A stretch of DNA of 63,168 nt, the filler included, from Octopus bimaculoides (lineage: Eukaryota): the NCBI RefSeq assembly GCF_001194135.2. It is 6 parts of 6 records of this genome, joined end to end, with 100 filler letters (N's around TTAATTAATTAA, not from the genome) between each part and the next. Parts side by side here need not be neighbours in the genome. Positions count along the whole stretch, not along the records: positions 38,479 to 55,066 come from NC_069000.1; positions 55,167 to 63,168 come from NC_068995.1; 4 more parts are not named here. One strand, 5' to 3'. A program made the translations under genes and the position numbers. Positions 52,156 to 63,168 of the stretch are shown here, in pieces (position 1 is the first letter of the stretch; each line of letters starts with the position of its first letter). Below the pieces are notes generated by a model. It made no database searches. It was not told the DNA's origin and saw only the letters and a program-made list of their open reading frames with translations.

Positions 52156-52661
52156 TAGCTGTAATATGACTCCACAACAACACCAATCTTAACAACACTA
52201 CCTCCAATACAACTACCATTCTCAGAATTATGACTACAGCACATCATCACCAATGTAAATGACATCTCCATAAAATAATCACGTTGCTTCTGGGAAAAAC
52301 GAAATGCAAGCATAAATTTTTCAGAAAACTAAATGAATGAATTAAATAAATAACACACATGGTATACTCCTGGGTTGTCAGCTCTCATAGGGGAGACAAT
52401 CCCTTCTAAATTAAGTTGAGGGTGGTTTAGAAAAAAAAAGAAAAAAAATTGTATCAAAAGGTCAAAAAGAAAGTGTACAGAATAAACACAGAATCACGTT
52501 CGATATTTCTTTTTCTTACTCATTATAAAAATCTTAAATTTTTCAGTCATTGAAAATCGACTCGAGCAAAATACATGACTTCTAATTAAACGTTTCCCGA
52601 AGATAGACAATTCTTTTTGAGCAATTTTTCTTTCTGTCTCATCATAGCTTGCTTATTGATA

Positions 52662-52704
<43 letters not shown>

Positions 52705-52954
52705 GGAGGANNNNNNNNNNNNNNNNNNNNNNNNNNNNNNNNNNNNNNNNNNNNNNNNNNNNNNNNNNNNNNNNNNNNNNNNNNNNNNNNNNNNNNNNNN
52801 NNNNNNNNNNNNNNGAGGAGGAGGAGGAGGAGGAGGAGGAGGAGGATGGTGGTTATGATAGTGACGATGATAAGGATGAGGATTATGATCCTTCGTCAGT
52901 TTCCCAATGAAGATTCAGTTATCCGATCAGTCGAGCTACCTTCTCGTTACCTTT

Positions 52955-53190
52955 ATACACAACTGGCTGAGCATTCCACAGATACCTTTAATGTAATTCT
53001 CAGGCAGAATTCCGCGACATTACCTTCTTTGAACTACTGATACAACCCACCAGACGAGCTTTCGCACAATTTCTCTCTACTCCTTTTGATTCACAAGTCT
53101 TGGGTCGATTCGAGACCATGGTAAAAGTCTCCTTCTCCAAAGATGTCACAGAGTGACATCGAACCCAGAACCTCCTGATTGCAAAGTAAA
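52955..53190 (-). mobile_element. SINE family C-related fragment
   Basis: ggctgagcattccacagatacc homologous to family C; tRNA-like head toward 53180. Confidence 0.6.
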
Positions 53191-53877
53191 CTTCTTAAGT
53201 ACTCAGCCATCCAGCGCTCATAAAAATCACACCAATACCTTCACTGCAGGCAGTAATGACGTCAGAACCACTATTACGCAAACTACTCCCCTTATCATAA
53301 TCATGAAAAGACGACGAGTTGGCAGAAGACGTTAGTGCGTCGGACAAATGCTTAGCAACAACAACAACAACAACAGTGTATACTGGCGTCAGAACTTTAA
53401 TTACCATCCGAACCATAACTTACCATCAAAAACAGCTCCACCAACAGCCGCCACTGTCGTTACCACAATCAACATCATCATCATATATACCAACAATAAC
53501 AACATCATAACTACCACAGCTCGCCACGCATTTACATGGTTTCTCGATTTGCTAGAAATTGCAACCCAAATTTCCTTTTCATGCTCCCACTTACGGAAAG
53601 ATATAGGATAATGGAGGGAAAGAGAGGAAAAATTGCGGGATAAACAAAACGGCATCGTCATCATCACCATCATCACCATCTCCACCATCATCGTCATCTC
53701 CACCATCATCAGCATCACCACCACCACCACCACCACCACCANNNNNNNNNNNNNNNNNNNNNNNNNNNNNNNNNNNNNNNNNNNNNNNNNNNNNNNNNNN
53801 NNNNNNNNNNNNNNNNNNNNNNNNNNNNCCACATCTTTGCAGTATTGATGAGCGTTTGTTCTTGTTATGTTTTAGTC

Positions 53878-53909
<32 letters not shown>

Positions 53910-54320
53910 TCCGCCGCCGCCAGCAACAACAACACACTACACACCCCTCCCAACACGAGCACTTCCAACATCATCACCACGACATGGACCCTCCTTCCGC
54001 CATCAAAGTTAATTCATGTTAAATTCAGAGAGAATGTTGTTGACATGGTAACCATGTGATACAATAACATAGCTTGACACGACCTCACTCGACCTATGAC
54101 CTGATTTGTGATATGGCCTCTGATATGGGCTGATATTTAAAATATATAATTTCTTGAGGTAACCAGGATACATGGAATATCAGAAGTAAAATTATTGACA
54201 TTATGTTTAGTTTTGCTCCTCCTGATGATGAGGCATCATCTTGATTTTATGATGACGACATTGTTCCTTTTCTTCCTCCTCTTCTCTAACTTCTCTTTAT
54301 CAGAGTGATTCTGATGGCGA

Positions 54321-54375
<55 letters not shown>

Positions 54376-54433
54376 TTCGTCGTCGTCGTCGTCGTCGTCG
54401 TAGTCGTCGTCATCATCATCATCCACATCCACA

Positions 54434-54488
<55 letters not shown>

Positions 54489-54551
54489 ACAACAACAACA
54501 ACAACACAACAATAACAACAGCGACAACAACAACAACAATAATAATAATAA

Positions 54552-54991
54552 ACCTGCAAAACCCTGTGCAATTTCCCAATCCAAACAGACCAGTTGTTAG
54601 AGAACAACAAATCGGACCTGGTGGTGGTGGACAAGGTGAACCACATGTTCTATATAACTGAGGTTGCGTACCCCTTTAACCCACGAATAGTCAAGAAGTA
54701 AGTGGGGAAAATGGACCAATATAATCCTCTTAAATACGAGATAACCCGACTATAGCAAAAGAAGAAGGTGAAGATAGCGTCAGTTATTGTTGGGTCCTTG
54801 TGGACAGTATCAGAAGGCACCAGGAGGAATTATAAAGGAAATAGAAACAGAGTGCTCAGCAGAGCTGTTACAAAAGGTTTTCCTCCTTGGCATGGCCAGA
54901 ATAATCAGGAAAGTATTAGATAGCTGTAAAGACCGCATAGTATGGTACTGTAGGGTGCAGGTAGCAAGCCCGCTACGCATGCAAGACTCTA

Positions 54992-55045
<54 letters not shown>
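54552..55045 (+). mobile_element. R4/Dong-like LINE 3' fragment (restriction-like endonuclease, 3' UTR, (AAT)n tail)
   Basis: NFPIQTDQLLENNKSDLVVVDK..EVAYPF..KMDQYNPLKYEITRL..VIVGSL..LLQKVFLLGMARIIRKVL. Confidence 0.85.
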
Positions 55046-55066
<21 letters not shown>

Positions 55067-55253
55067 NNNNNNNNNNNNNNNNNNNNNNNNNNNNNNNNNN
55101 NNNNNNNNNNTTAATTAATTAANNNNNNNNNNNNNNNNNNNNNNNNNNNNNNNNNNNNNNNNNNNNACACACACACACACACACACAAACACAAACACAC
55201 ACACACAAACACACACACACAAGCATGAAGACACATACCATCTACCACACATG

Positions 55254-55297
<44 letters not shown>

Positions 55298-55562
55298 TGC
55301 ACACTAACATATACAACACATGCACATACACATATAAACACATTTATATACACCTCATACACCTATATATATTTATAAATACATACATACATACATATAT
55401 ATATTATATATATGTATGTATACATATATATATATATGTATATATATATGTGTGTGTGTGTATATATAGTTCAAATTTATAAAAAAAAAAACAAAAGACA
55501 AAGACAGGTGTAGGAACAACAAGCAGGAGTATTAGTTTAACACTCTGGGAAAATGGAAAAGT

Positions 55563-55598
55563 CTTTTACGTTTCAAGCCTACGATCTTTGAATGAAAG
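55563..55598 (-). ncRNA. Degenerate minimal hammerhead motif (Penelope-type end)
   Basis: CTTT-CATTCAA-A-GATC-gtag-GCTT-GAAA-CG-TA-AAAG; scaffold matches the 62486 motif but the CUGANGA core is destroyed. Confidence 0.5.
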
Positions 55599-55682
55599 GA
55601 ATAAGAACAAAATATGGAAAGAGAATGGAAAAAACAGCGAGAGAAAAACTGTGTAGAGTTCAAGAGCCCAACATGGCAAGAT

Positions 55683-55745
<63 letters not shown>

Positions 55746-56144
55746 GTGTGTGTGTATTTGGGTGTGTATATAGACACCCACTTAAGAATGTCTCCACATA
55801 CACATATAAATACACTTGGCATACACTCACACATGCATACACAAACACACACATATACACGCCATACACATGCATGCATGCATACATCCACACCACACAT
55901 GTCAGCAGTGTGACTGTGCCAGTCCTGCGAGTTGACTCGTTCAATTCATGACCTTTTACACAATATGTCCGCATAATTATCTCCCTTTTATATATATATT
56001 TTTTTTTCTTCAATGAATCTGCTTGCTCAGCTTCTCTGCCCTGCCCTCTCAATAGTTACTCCCCCCACCACTATAGACTACACACACATACACACACACC
56101 CATATATATATTTATATCTATCTATCTACATACATATATATATA

Positions 56145-56191
<47 letters not shown>

Positions 56192-56757
56192 ATATATATA
56201 TATGTGTATGTATATATATATATATGTGTGTGTGTGTATATATATATATNNNNNNNNNNNNNNNNNNNNNNNNNNNNNNNNNNNNNNNNNNNNNNNNNNN
56301 NNNNNNNNNNNNNNNNNNNNNNNNNNNNNNNNNNNNNNNNNNNNNNNNNNNNNNNNNNNNNNNNNNNNNNNNNNNNNNNNNNNNNNNNNNNNNNNNNNNN
56401 NNNNNNNNNNNNNNNNNNNNNNNNNNNNNNNNNNNNNNNNNNNNNNNNNNNNNNNNNNNNNNNNNNNNNNNNNNNNNNNNNNNNNNNNNNNNNNNNNNNN
56501 NNNNNNNNNNNNNNNNNNNNNNNNNNNNNNNNNNNNNNNNNNNNNNNNNNNNNNNNNNNNNNNNNNNNNNNNNNNNNNNNNNNNNNNNNNNNNNNNNNNN
56601 NNNNNNNNNNNNNNNNNNNNNNNNNNNGTGTGTGTGTGTGTACTACAGAATGGATGAAGTAGGTAAGGGGTTGTGGGAGAGTTGCAAAGACCTATAGTTA
56701 AGTGGTTGAGAGAGATATTAAAGGTCTTAGCAAGAATTAGTGTGTGTGTGTGCGCGC

Positions 56758-56797
<40 letters not shown>

Positions 56798-57559
56798 ATG
56801 CGTGGGCGAAGTTTCGTCTGTGTATATGTTTGTATGTAAGTGTCTATATGCTAGTGTCTATGTATGTATGTATGTATGCCTGTTTCTTTGTATGTAAAGT
56901 TTGTATGTATGTTTTGCATGTATGTGTGTATGTATGTGTGTGAATATGTGAATGCGTGTGCATGTTTAGATATGTGAGTGCGAATGTGTAGTGAGTGTAT
57001 TTATATGTACGTCTGCTAGCATATGGAGTGTATGCGTTTGTATGGATTTATTTGTGAGTATATGGAAAGCATATCGCTATACATATGTGTGTATGCATGT
57101 GTGTGTTTATGCATGCTGTTAATCAACTAAACATTAACTGCTCACTTCTCAACAGACACCCTCCTCACCATCCACACCTCCCCCACTTTCTCCTCCTCCT
57201 CCCTCTGCTCTTTCCCCTCTTCTTCCTCTGCTCTTTATCCCCTCCTCCTCCTCCTCCTCTTCCTCCGGTGAACCTTCAGTCTGGTTAGATTGATCTTGTT
57301 TATTAGTTTCACTGACAAATATATTACCGACACTTAACAGCAGATTCAGATGCTAGTTTTGGATGTAAATCAAACTTGCAGACATTCTTAATGAACTATA
57401 TAAATTAATGATCTCAGATGCCTTCGTTAAACTCCGTTCAATCTGTCACACACACACACACACACTTTCACAAATTATAGTGGATTTTACATATCAAACT
57501 GAGAACAGCACACACCAATACAAACCTATTATAGTCTTATATATGATAATATGTGAAAA

Positions 57560-57850
57560 CTTGTGGGCCTAGTGGTTAAGGTGTTGCACTCACAATCGAC
57601 AGATTGTGGGTTCAATTCCCAGACCGGGTGACGTATTGTTTTCTTGAGCAGGACACTTCATTTCATGTTACTCCAGTCCACTCAGCTGCAACTGGGTCAC
57701 CCTGCAATGAATTATCCTTCCAATCAGAGAGGAATGTTTGCTTGCTCGCCTAGCCAGTGGGTTGGTATTATTCGAAAGCTAAAAGAATGCAAAGTGCACT
57801 GTGACCAGTGATGTGTAACAACATCTGATAGTCTGGTTGATTACATGATC
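57560..57850 (+). mobile_element. tRNA-derived SINE (family C-related)
   Basis: ggcctagtggttaagg..gggttcaattccc..cttgagcaggacact. Confidence 0.8.
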
Positions 57851-57994
57851 ATGTGATATTCAAATATATTTAACAAGGTGTATATATCTGGGTATATATA
57901 TATATATATATACATCAATGAATAGCCCAGTGTAGAGATCAGCATATCAATGTATATCATCATAATCACCATTGTCATCATTATTTTAACATTC

Positions 57995-58210
57995 ACTAAT
58001 GTTGATGACATGAGAAGGCACCCAGTACACTCTGTAAAGTGGTTGACCTTTAGGGTCACTAGGGCATGCAGTCACAAAAACCATGCCAAAGCTGATATTG
58101 GAGGTTGGTGCTGTCATTAGATCCTGTTAAACTGTCCGACCCATACCAGCTTGGGAAAAGGATGGTAAATGATATTAGTGATGATGATGATGATAATGAT
58201 GACGACGATG
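57995..58210 (+). mobile_element. RTE-type 3' end with (GAT)n tail
   Basis: aaaccatgccaa..gtccgacccataccagc..taaatgat(gat)n. Confidence 0.6.
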
Positions 58211-58650
58211 CTATTGATATTTAGCATCAGACGATTCAAACATATTTCCTTTCAGTCCGGACATTCCGTTTGTAGAACCCCCTCCTCTACGACCCTCACC
58301 CGTTATCAGAATTTCAAATGGTCGGTTTACCGCTCGATCAATGATTGGTGATTGATGACTGACCTATTTGATAAGTTTCAGTGTTAACATTCACCTATTG
58401 ATTTTTGATTAAATCTACAAATGATGGAAAGGAAGTTTAAAAAAAAAAAATGAGTTCAAACCCAACCCAAATTGACTTTTAGATTTCATTCTCCCTACTA
58501 CAATAAATAAGTTCCAGTCAAAAACTGGACTTGATGTATTCAACTTTACCATTGGACCATGTCCTTGCTCCATCATGGCCACAGTCTTATTACTAAGATT
58601 AGTCAAAGAATGAAAGATAACATATAAAGTTACTCTGGTGTGATACCATT

Positions 58651-59226
58651 TTAACCCTTTTGCATTTAAACTGGGCATACCTAGCCTAAATAATTTGCTT
58701 GTTTTATGTTTAAACTGGCCAGATCTAGCCTCTTAAACTTGCCTTACAATATCATTTCAAAGATAACTAATCACATCATTAAAATCTCAAAGCCACAAGA
58801 TAATGCAGTATTAATTCAAAATGATGTGAATAAATAAGCATTATATTTGACAGTGGTTAGAGTTCTGAGCTCACAATCACGAGGTAGTGAGTTTGATTCC
58901 CAGACCAGGCTGTGTGTTGTGTTCTTGAGCAAGGCACTTTATTTCACATTGCTCCAGTTCACTCAGCCGTAGAAATGAGTTGCGAAGTCACAGGTGCCAA
59001 GCTGTATTGGCGTTTGCCATTCCCTTGGACAACATCGGTGGTGTGGAGAGGGGAGGCTGGTATGCATGGGTGATTGCTGGTCTTCCATAAACAACCTTGC
59101 CCGGACTTGTGCCTTGGAGGAGAACTTTCTTGGTGCAATCCCATGGTCATTCACGCCCCCCAAAGGGTGGGGTCTTTACCCTTTACCCTATATTTGACAG
59201 AGTAATCTGAATGCTAAATAGTTATT
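58651..59226. mobile_element. piggyBac-like MITE (TTAA-CCC start) containing a SINE
   Basis: Left TTAACCCTTTTGCATT; right AATGCTAAATAGTTA is an imperfect inverted repeat. Confidence 0.7.
58854..59188 (+). mobile_element. tRNA-derived SINE with 12-bp TSD
   Basis: TATATTTGACAG at 58842-58853 and 59189-59200; (TTTACCC)n tail. Confidence 0.88.
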
Positions 59227-59239
59227 ATCAATATAACAC

Positions 59240-59870
59240 TAAAGCAGCAAGCTGGCAAAATGCATAGCAGAATTTTGTCCATTTTCATGTTCTGAGTTCA
59301 AATTCCGCCTACTTTGTTCAAATTCTGCCAACTTTGTCTTTGTCTTTCATCCTTTCTGAGTTGGTAAAATAAGTACCAGCTGCAATCTGGAATCTGGGGT
59401 TGATGTAATCAACTTATTCCCTCCCACTGAAATTTCTGGCCTCGTGCCAAAATTTAAAAACCAATATTAATATAACACAAGAGTCATTCTAATTATATCA
59501 ATGTGAGTCATTCCAGTGCAGTACTTTTGTAATACAGATATATAATACTAGAGCCACTCATATAATATAACATTTGAGTTGCTCTAATTATTCTCATAAT
59601 AATATTTGAAGCACTCTAGTGTGTTAGCAGTGTTAATATTAATATGGCAGTGGAAGGCAGCAAGCTGGTAGAATCATTAACATGCCAGACAAAATGCTTA
59701 GCGATATTTTGTCCGCCTTTAAATTCTGAGTTCAAATAAGGCCAAGGTTGATTTTGCCTTACATTGTTTCGGAGCTGATAAAATAAGTACCAGTTGAACA
59801 CTGGGGTCGATGTAATCTACTTACCCCCTCCCCGAAATGCTGGCTTTGTACCAAAATTTTAAGTCAATAT
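59240..59870 (+). mobile_element. Two SINE family A copies (59240-59465, 59650-59870)
   Basis: Diagnostic motifs. Confidence 0.85.
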
Positions 59871-60165
59871 TAATATAGCAGAAGAGTCACTCTAATGATA
59901 TCATATGATAATTGACTCACTCGAGGGTGATATCCTCTAATACCAATATAGTCCTAGATTCATTCTAATTATATCAACTATGATATTTGTATCACTCTAG
60001 TATTAATTATACCATTATAATATCAATGCAAAACTAAAGCCACTCTTATAATATCAAATGGAATATGTGAGTCACTGAAGTGTGATACCATTGTAATATT
60101 GATATGATACTAGTTACACACGATCTCAATATTTGAGTGACTCTACTGTGGTACCAGTGTAATAT

Positions 60166-60196
<31 letters not shown>

Positions 60197-60449
60197 CTAG
60201 GTATAGAACGAGTATTTCCTTGGATGTAATTATCCCTTTATGAAGTTAACATATCCTCTAAGCACACACATACACACATACACATATATACATACTTTAG
60301 AGTTACTCTGTGACTCACATATTACATATCACTGTAACATGTGAGTCACCCCCATGTGATACTACTGTAATATGATTTAATAACTAGAGTCACTGCAGTG
60401 TGATACCAATGTATTCTTCATTACTTTTTTTCTCCTCTTCCTCATTTTT

Positions 60450-60690
60450 ATGTTTGCTTTTCCATGCTGGCATGGGCTGGAAAGTTCATCAAGGTCCATG
60501 TCACACACAGTAACAGGAAACCAGCCAATCTCAGGGTTGACTGGGTCCGTTTGCACCATAGTTTTCTGGCACTGGAGTGGTTGTATCTTTTGAAGCAAGC
60601 AAATGGGATTGACAGAACCATTCCACTCAATATCATTCCTCTGCTAGAGTCAGTGCCTTTCTTAGATGGCATCTTACAATACAAGTGATC
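60450..60690 (-). mobile_element. RTE-type 3' end
   Basis: tttccatgctggcatggg, reverse of the motif at about 58140. Confidence 0.55.
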
Positions 60691-61858
60691 ACCCCCCCCC
60701 CCGCCAAAAACATTTCACACACACACACACANNNNNNNNNNNNNNNNNNNNNNNNNNNNNNNNNNNNNNNNNNNNNNNNNNNNNNNNNNNNNNNNNNNNN
60801 NNNNNNNNNNNNNNNNNNNNNNNNNNNNNNNNNNNNNNNNNNNNNNNNNNNNNNNNNNNNNNNNNNNNNNNNNNNNNNNNNNNNNNNNNNNNNNNNNNNN
60901 NNNNNNNNNNNNNNNNNNNNNNNNNNNNNNNNNNNNNNNNNNNNNNNNNNNNNNNNNNNNNNNNNNNNNNNNNNNNNNNNNNNNNNNNNNNNNNNNNNNN
61001 NNNNNNNNNNNNNNNNNNNNNNNNNNNNNNNNNNNNNNNNNNNNNNNNNNNNNNNNNNNNNNNNNNNNNNNNNNNNNNNNNNNNNNNNNNNNNNNNNNNN
61101 NNNNNNNNNNNNNNNNNNNNNNNNNNNNNNNNNNNNNNNNNNNNNNNNNNNNNNNNNNNNNNNNNNNNNNNNNNNNNNNNNNNNNNNNNNNNNNNNNNNN
61201 NNNNNNNNNNNNNNNNNNNNNNNNNNNNNNNNNNNNNNNNNNNNNNNNNNNNNNNNNNNNNNNNNNNNNNNNNNNNNNNNNNNNNNNNNNNNNNTATGTG
61301 TGTGTGTGTTTGATATCATTGTAATATCAGTATATAGCATCAAAAGTTTTGGATATATTTCATTTGAGTCTAGACATTCCATTTCTATTGAAAACACCCC
61401 AATTATTATTAATTGTTTAAAGGTAAGGGTGGGTGGGGGTGAGTTTAACACCTGGTCAGTGTTTCATGATTGATGATGTGCAACCATATTCAATGCAGGT
61501 TTTAATATTTATATTCACCTATGAACACAAAATTATAATTACAGGTGACAGAGAGAGAGAAAGAGAGAGAAAGAAAGAGTTGATAATTTTTAACAGACTT
61601 CTTAATCATTACTTATGCAAATATTCTTATGTTCCAACTTGTTTTACATTCTAACATTCTGCTTTTGAGAATAAATTGAATTCTTGTGTTCCTTATATTT
61701 TAACTTCACTATATGAATGACTTCAAAGATATATATTATTATCAATGGAATTTCAGAGATGTACTTGCCAGGAAGTGGTTTAATCTGAGACCAAGTGTTG
61801 AAGCTAAAACGATTACAGCATGGGAGACAATATTAGCCATTCAAAAACACACAAAGAC

Positions 61859-62039
61859 TGTTAACTTTATTTAGACATTTATTATTTGATGTCAAAATTT
61901 TCATTTGCACCAATTGCAACTTTGTCATTGATATAGTTCCACTACATCTTTTGCAGTGAAATCACATCAGTGACCAGACTGCAATTGGTGCAAATAAAAA
62001 TTTTGGTACTAAACAATAAATGTCTAAGTGAAGTTAACA
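61859..62039. mobile_element. Foldback MITE-like element with ~60-bp inverted arms
   Basis: 61859-61918 pairs with 61980-62039; TTAA just inside both ends. Confidence 0.75.
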
Positions 62040-62329
62040 ATTACAACCATTATAAATGGAATATATATATTTTTAACTGCAATGGTCAACTTTACTTTTC
62101 ATTTTTTAAGCACCAAATGAAAGCTGTGGATTGATGTAACTGTAAAAATGCCAGACAGATGCCTTGTGGTATTTGGTATTTGTTCCGGTTGTTTGTGTTC
62201 AATTCCCATCATTGTTTAGTTGGGTAGTAGAAGAATTGTGAAATTCTTACTATTGGTATAATGTTCTTCTTGGAAGACAGTAATTTTGGTCATTTTCCAG
62301 TGTTTGTGTCATATTTTCAAACATTTCTA

Positions 62330-62418
62330 AAGTGGCGACCTGGCAGAATCATTAGCACACCAGGCAAAATGCTTAGTAGCATTTCATCTGTCTTTACATT
62401 CTGAGTTCAAATTCCACC
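62330..62418 (+). mobile_element. SINE family A 5' part
   Basis: ggcgacctggcagaatcattagcac..ctgagttcaaattcc. Confidence 0.75.
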
Positions 62419-62485
62419 AAAATAACAACACAAGGATGTGGTACAAGCAAAGTATTACTAAGACACTCAGGGAAGGAAAGAAAGG

Positions 62486-62522
62486 TGTTTTACGTTTCAA
62501 GCAATGCTCTTCTTCAGAAACA
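62486..62522 (-). ncRNA. Minimal type I hammerhead ribozyme (Penelope-type)
   Basis: TGTTT-CTGAAGA-A-GAGC-att-GCTT-GAAA-CG-TA-AAACA; 5-bp stem I, 4-bp stem II, palindromic ACGT stem III. Confidence 0.75.
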
Positions 62523-62689
62523 GGAGACAGAAGAAAGTCCAAAACAGAGGAAAGTCCAAGAGAAAAGGAAGACGAAGGAAAAAAAGCACCAACAATCCAC
62601 ATGTAGTTACCTTTTGGAATGTGTGTGTGCATGAGTGTGTGTGTGTATGTGTGCATGAGTGTGTGTGTGTGTGTGTTTCTATCTGCTTG

Positions 62690-62880
62690 ACAACCAGTGT
62701 TGGTATGTTTACATCACTATATCCTAGCGGTTGAACAAAACGGGATCAATAGAATAAGAACTGGAGTGAAATTGGTTAGCAAAAAGAAAAAGAAGAAACC
62801 TTTCAAAGTGGAGCCCCAGCATGGCCATGGTCATGTAACTGAAACACAAAAAAGAATAAAAGAATAAAAGAATAAGAAAT
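62690..62880 (+). mobile_element. SINE family B 3' half
   Basis: gcttgacaaccagtgttggtatg..ccagcatggcc..(TAAAAGAA)n. Confidence 0.8.
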
Positions 62881-62924
62881 ACTTCTATAATGATATTAAT
62901 CAGTCTCGCCTTAAACACACAGCC

Positions 62925-63168
62925 ACCAACTGCCTCCCTCTCTCCCTCTCTTTCTCCTCCCCCTCTCTCCTCTCCCTCTCTCTCACCTCTCACTCTCTCC
63001 TCTCACTCATTCTTCTTTACCCTCTGTCTTTTTCTCCCTTGTTTCTGTCCTTCTTTTCCGCTTCTTCTTTGTCTGTGTCTCTCTTTTTCTTCATCTTCCT
63101 TTTCCTGTCTGTCTGTTTCTGTCTTTCATCTCTTACTCTTTTTCTCTCTCTTTCTCTGCCTGTCTCCT
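62925..63168. repeat. CT-rich low-complexity tract
   Basis: Visible composition. Confidence 0.9.

Larger units (their letters stand above)
58625..61340. repeat. Highly degenerate minisatellite of roughly 35-45-bp units (GAGTCACTCTARTGTGATACCATTGTAATATCAA-like), interrupted by insertions
   Basis: More than ten diverged units, e.g. near 59480, 59884, 60069, 60136, 60343, 60387. Confidence 0.6.

Noticed and set aside
2505-62418. Strand bias of family A SINEs as evidence of an enclosing gene
   Set aside because: My count is about 12 minus vs 7 plus, too few and too clustered to mean anything

Overview
AT-rich, gap-riddled eukaryotic genomic DNA, most likely Octopus (inferred from tRNA-derived SINE families I recognise, extreme microsatellite density and TTAGGG-type repeats). 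I recognise no intact host gene; nearly all long ORFs in the track are microsatellite or N-gap artefacts. The window holds roughly 30 SINE or LINE-end copies, a decayed Ty3/Gypsy element (protease-RT-RNaseH-integrase-LTR, about 39.2-43.05 kb), Tc1/mariner and pogo/Tigger transposase remnants, Tx1-like and R4/Dong-like LINE fragments, a Penelope-like remnant, a solo LTR and several MITEs. The most notable signal is a set of type I hammerhead ribozyme motifs. One is fully canonical with an unusually long stem II (37888-37984). One is an essentially intact minimal form (62486-62522, minus). Two are mutated (35840-35900 and 55563-55598). The two plus-strand motifs end similarly built units downstream of a ~240-bp near-perfect hairpin, which suggests a Penelope/retrozyme-like module. 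The second highlight is a 622-bp MITE with an 8-bp TSD, nested inverted repeats and a central (TAACCC)8/(GGGTTA)7 telomeric palindrome. All calls come from reading the sequence by eye; no searches or folding programs were run.
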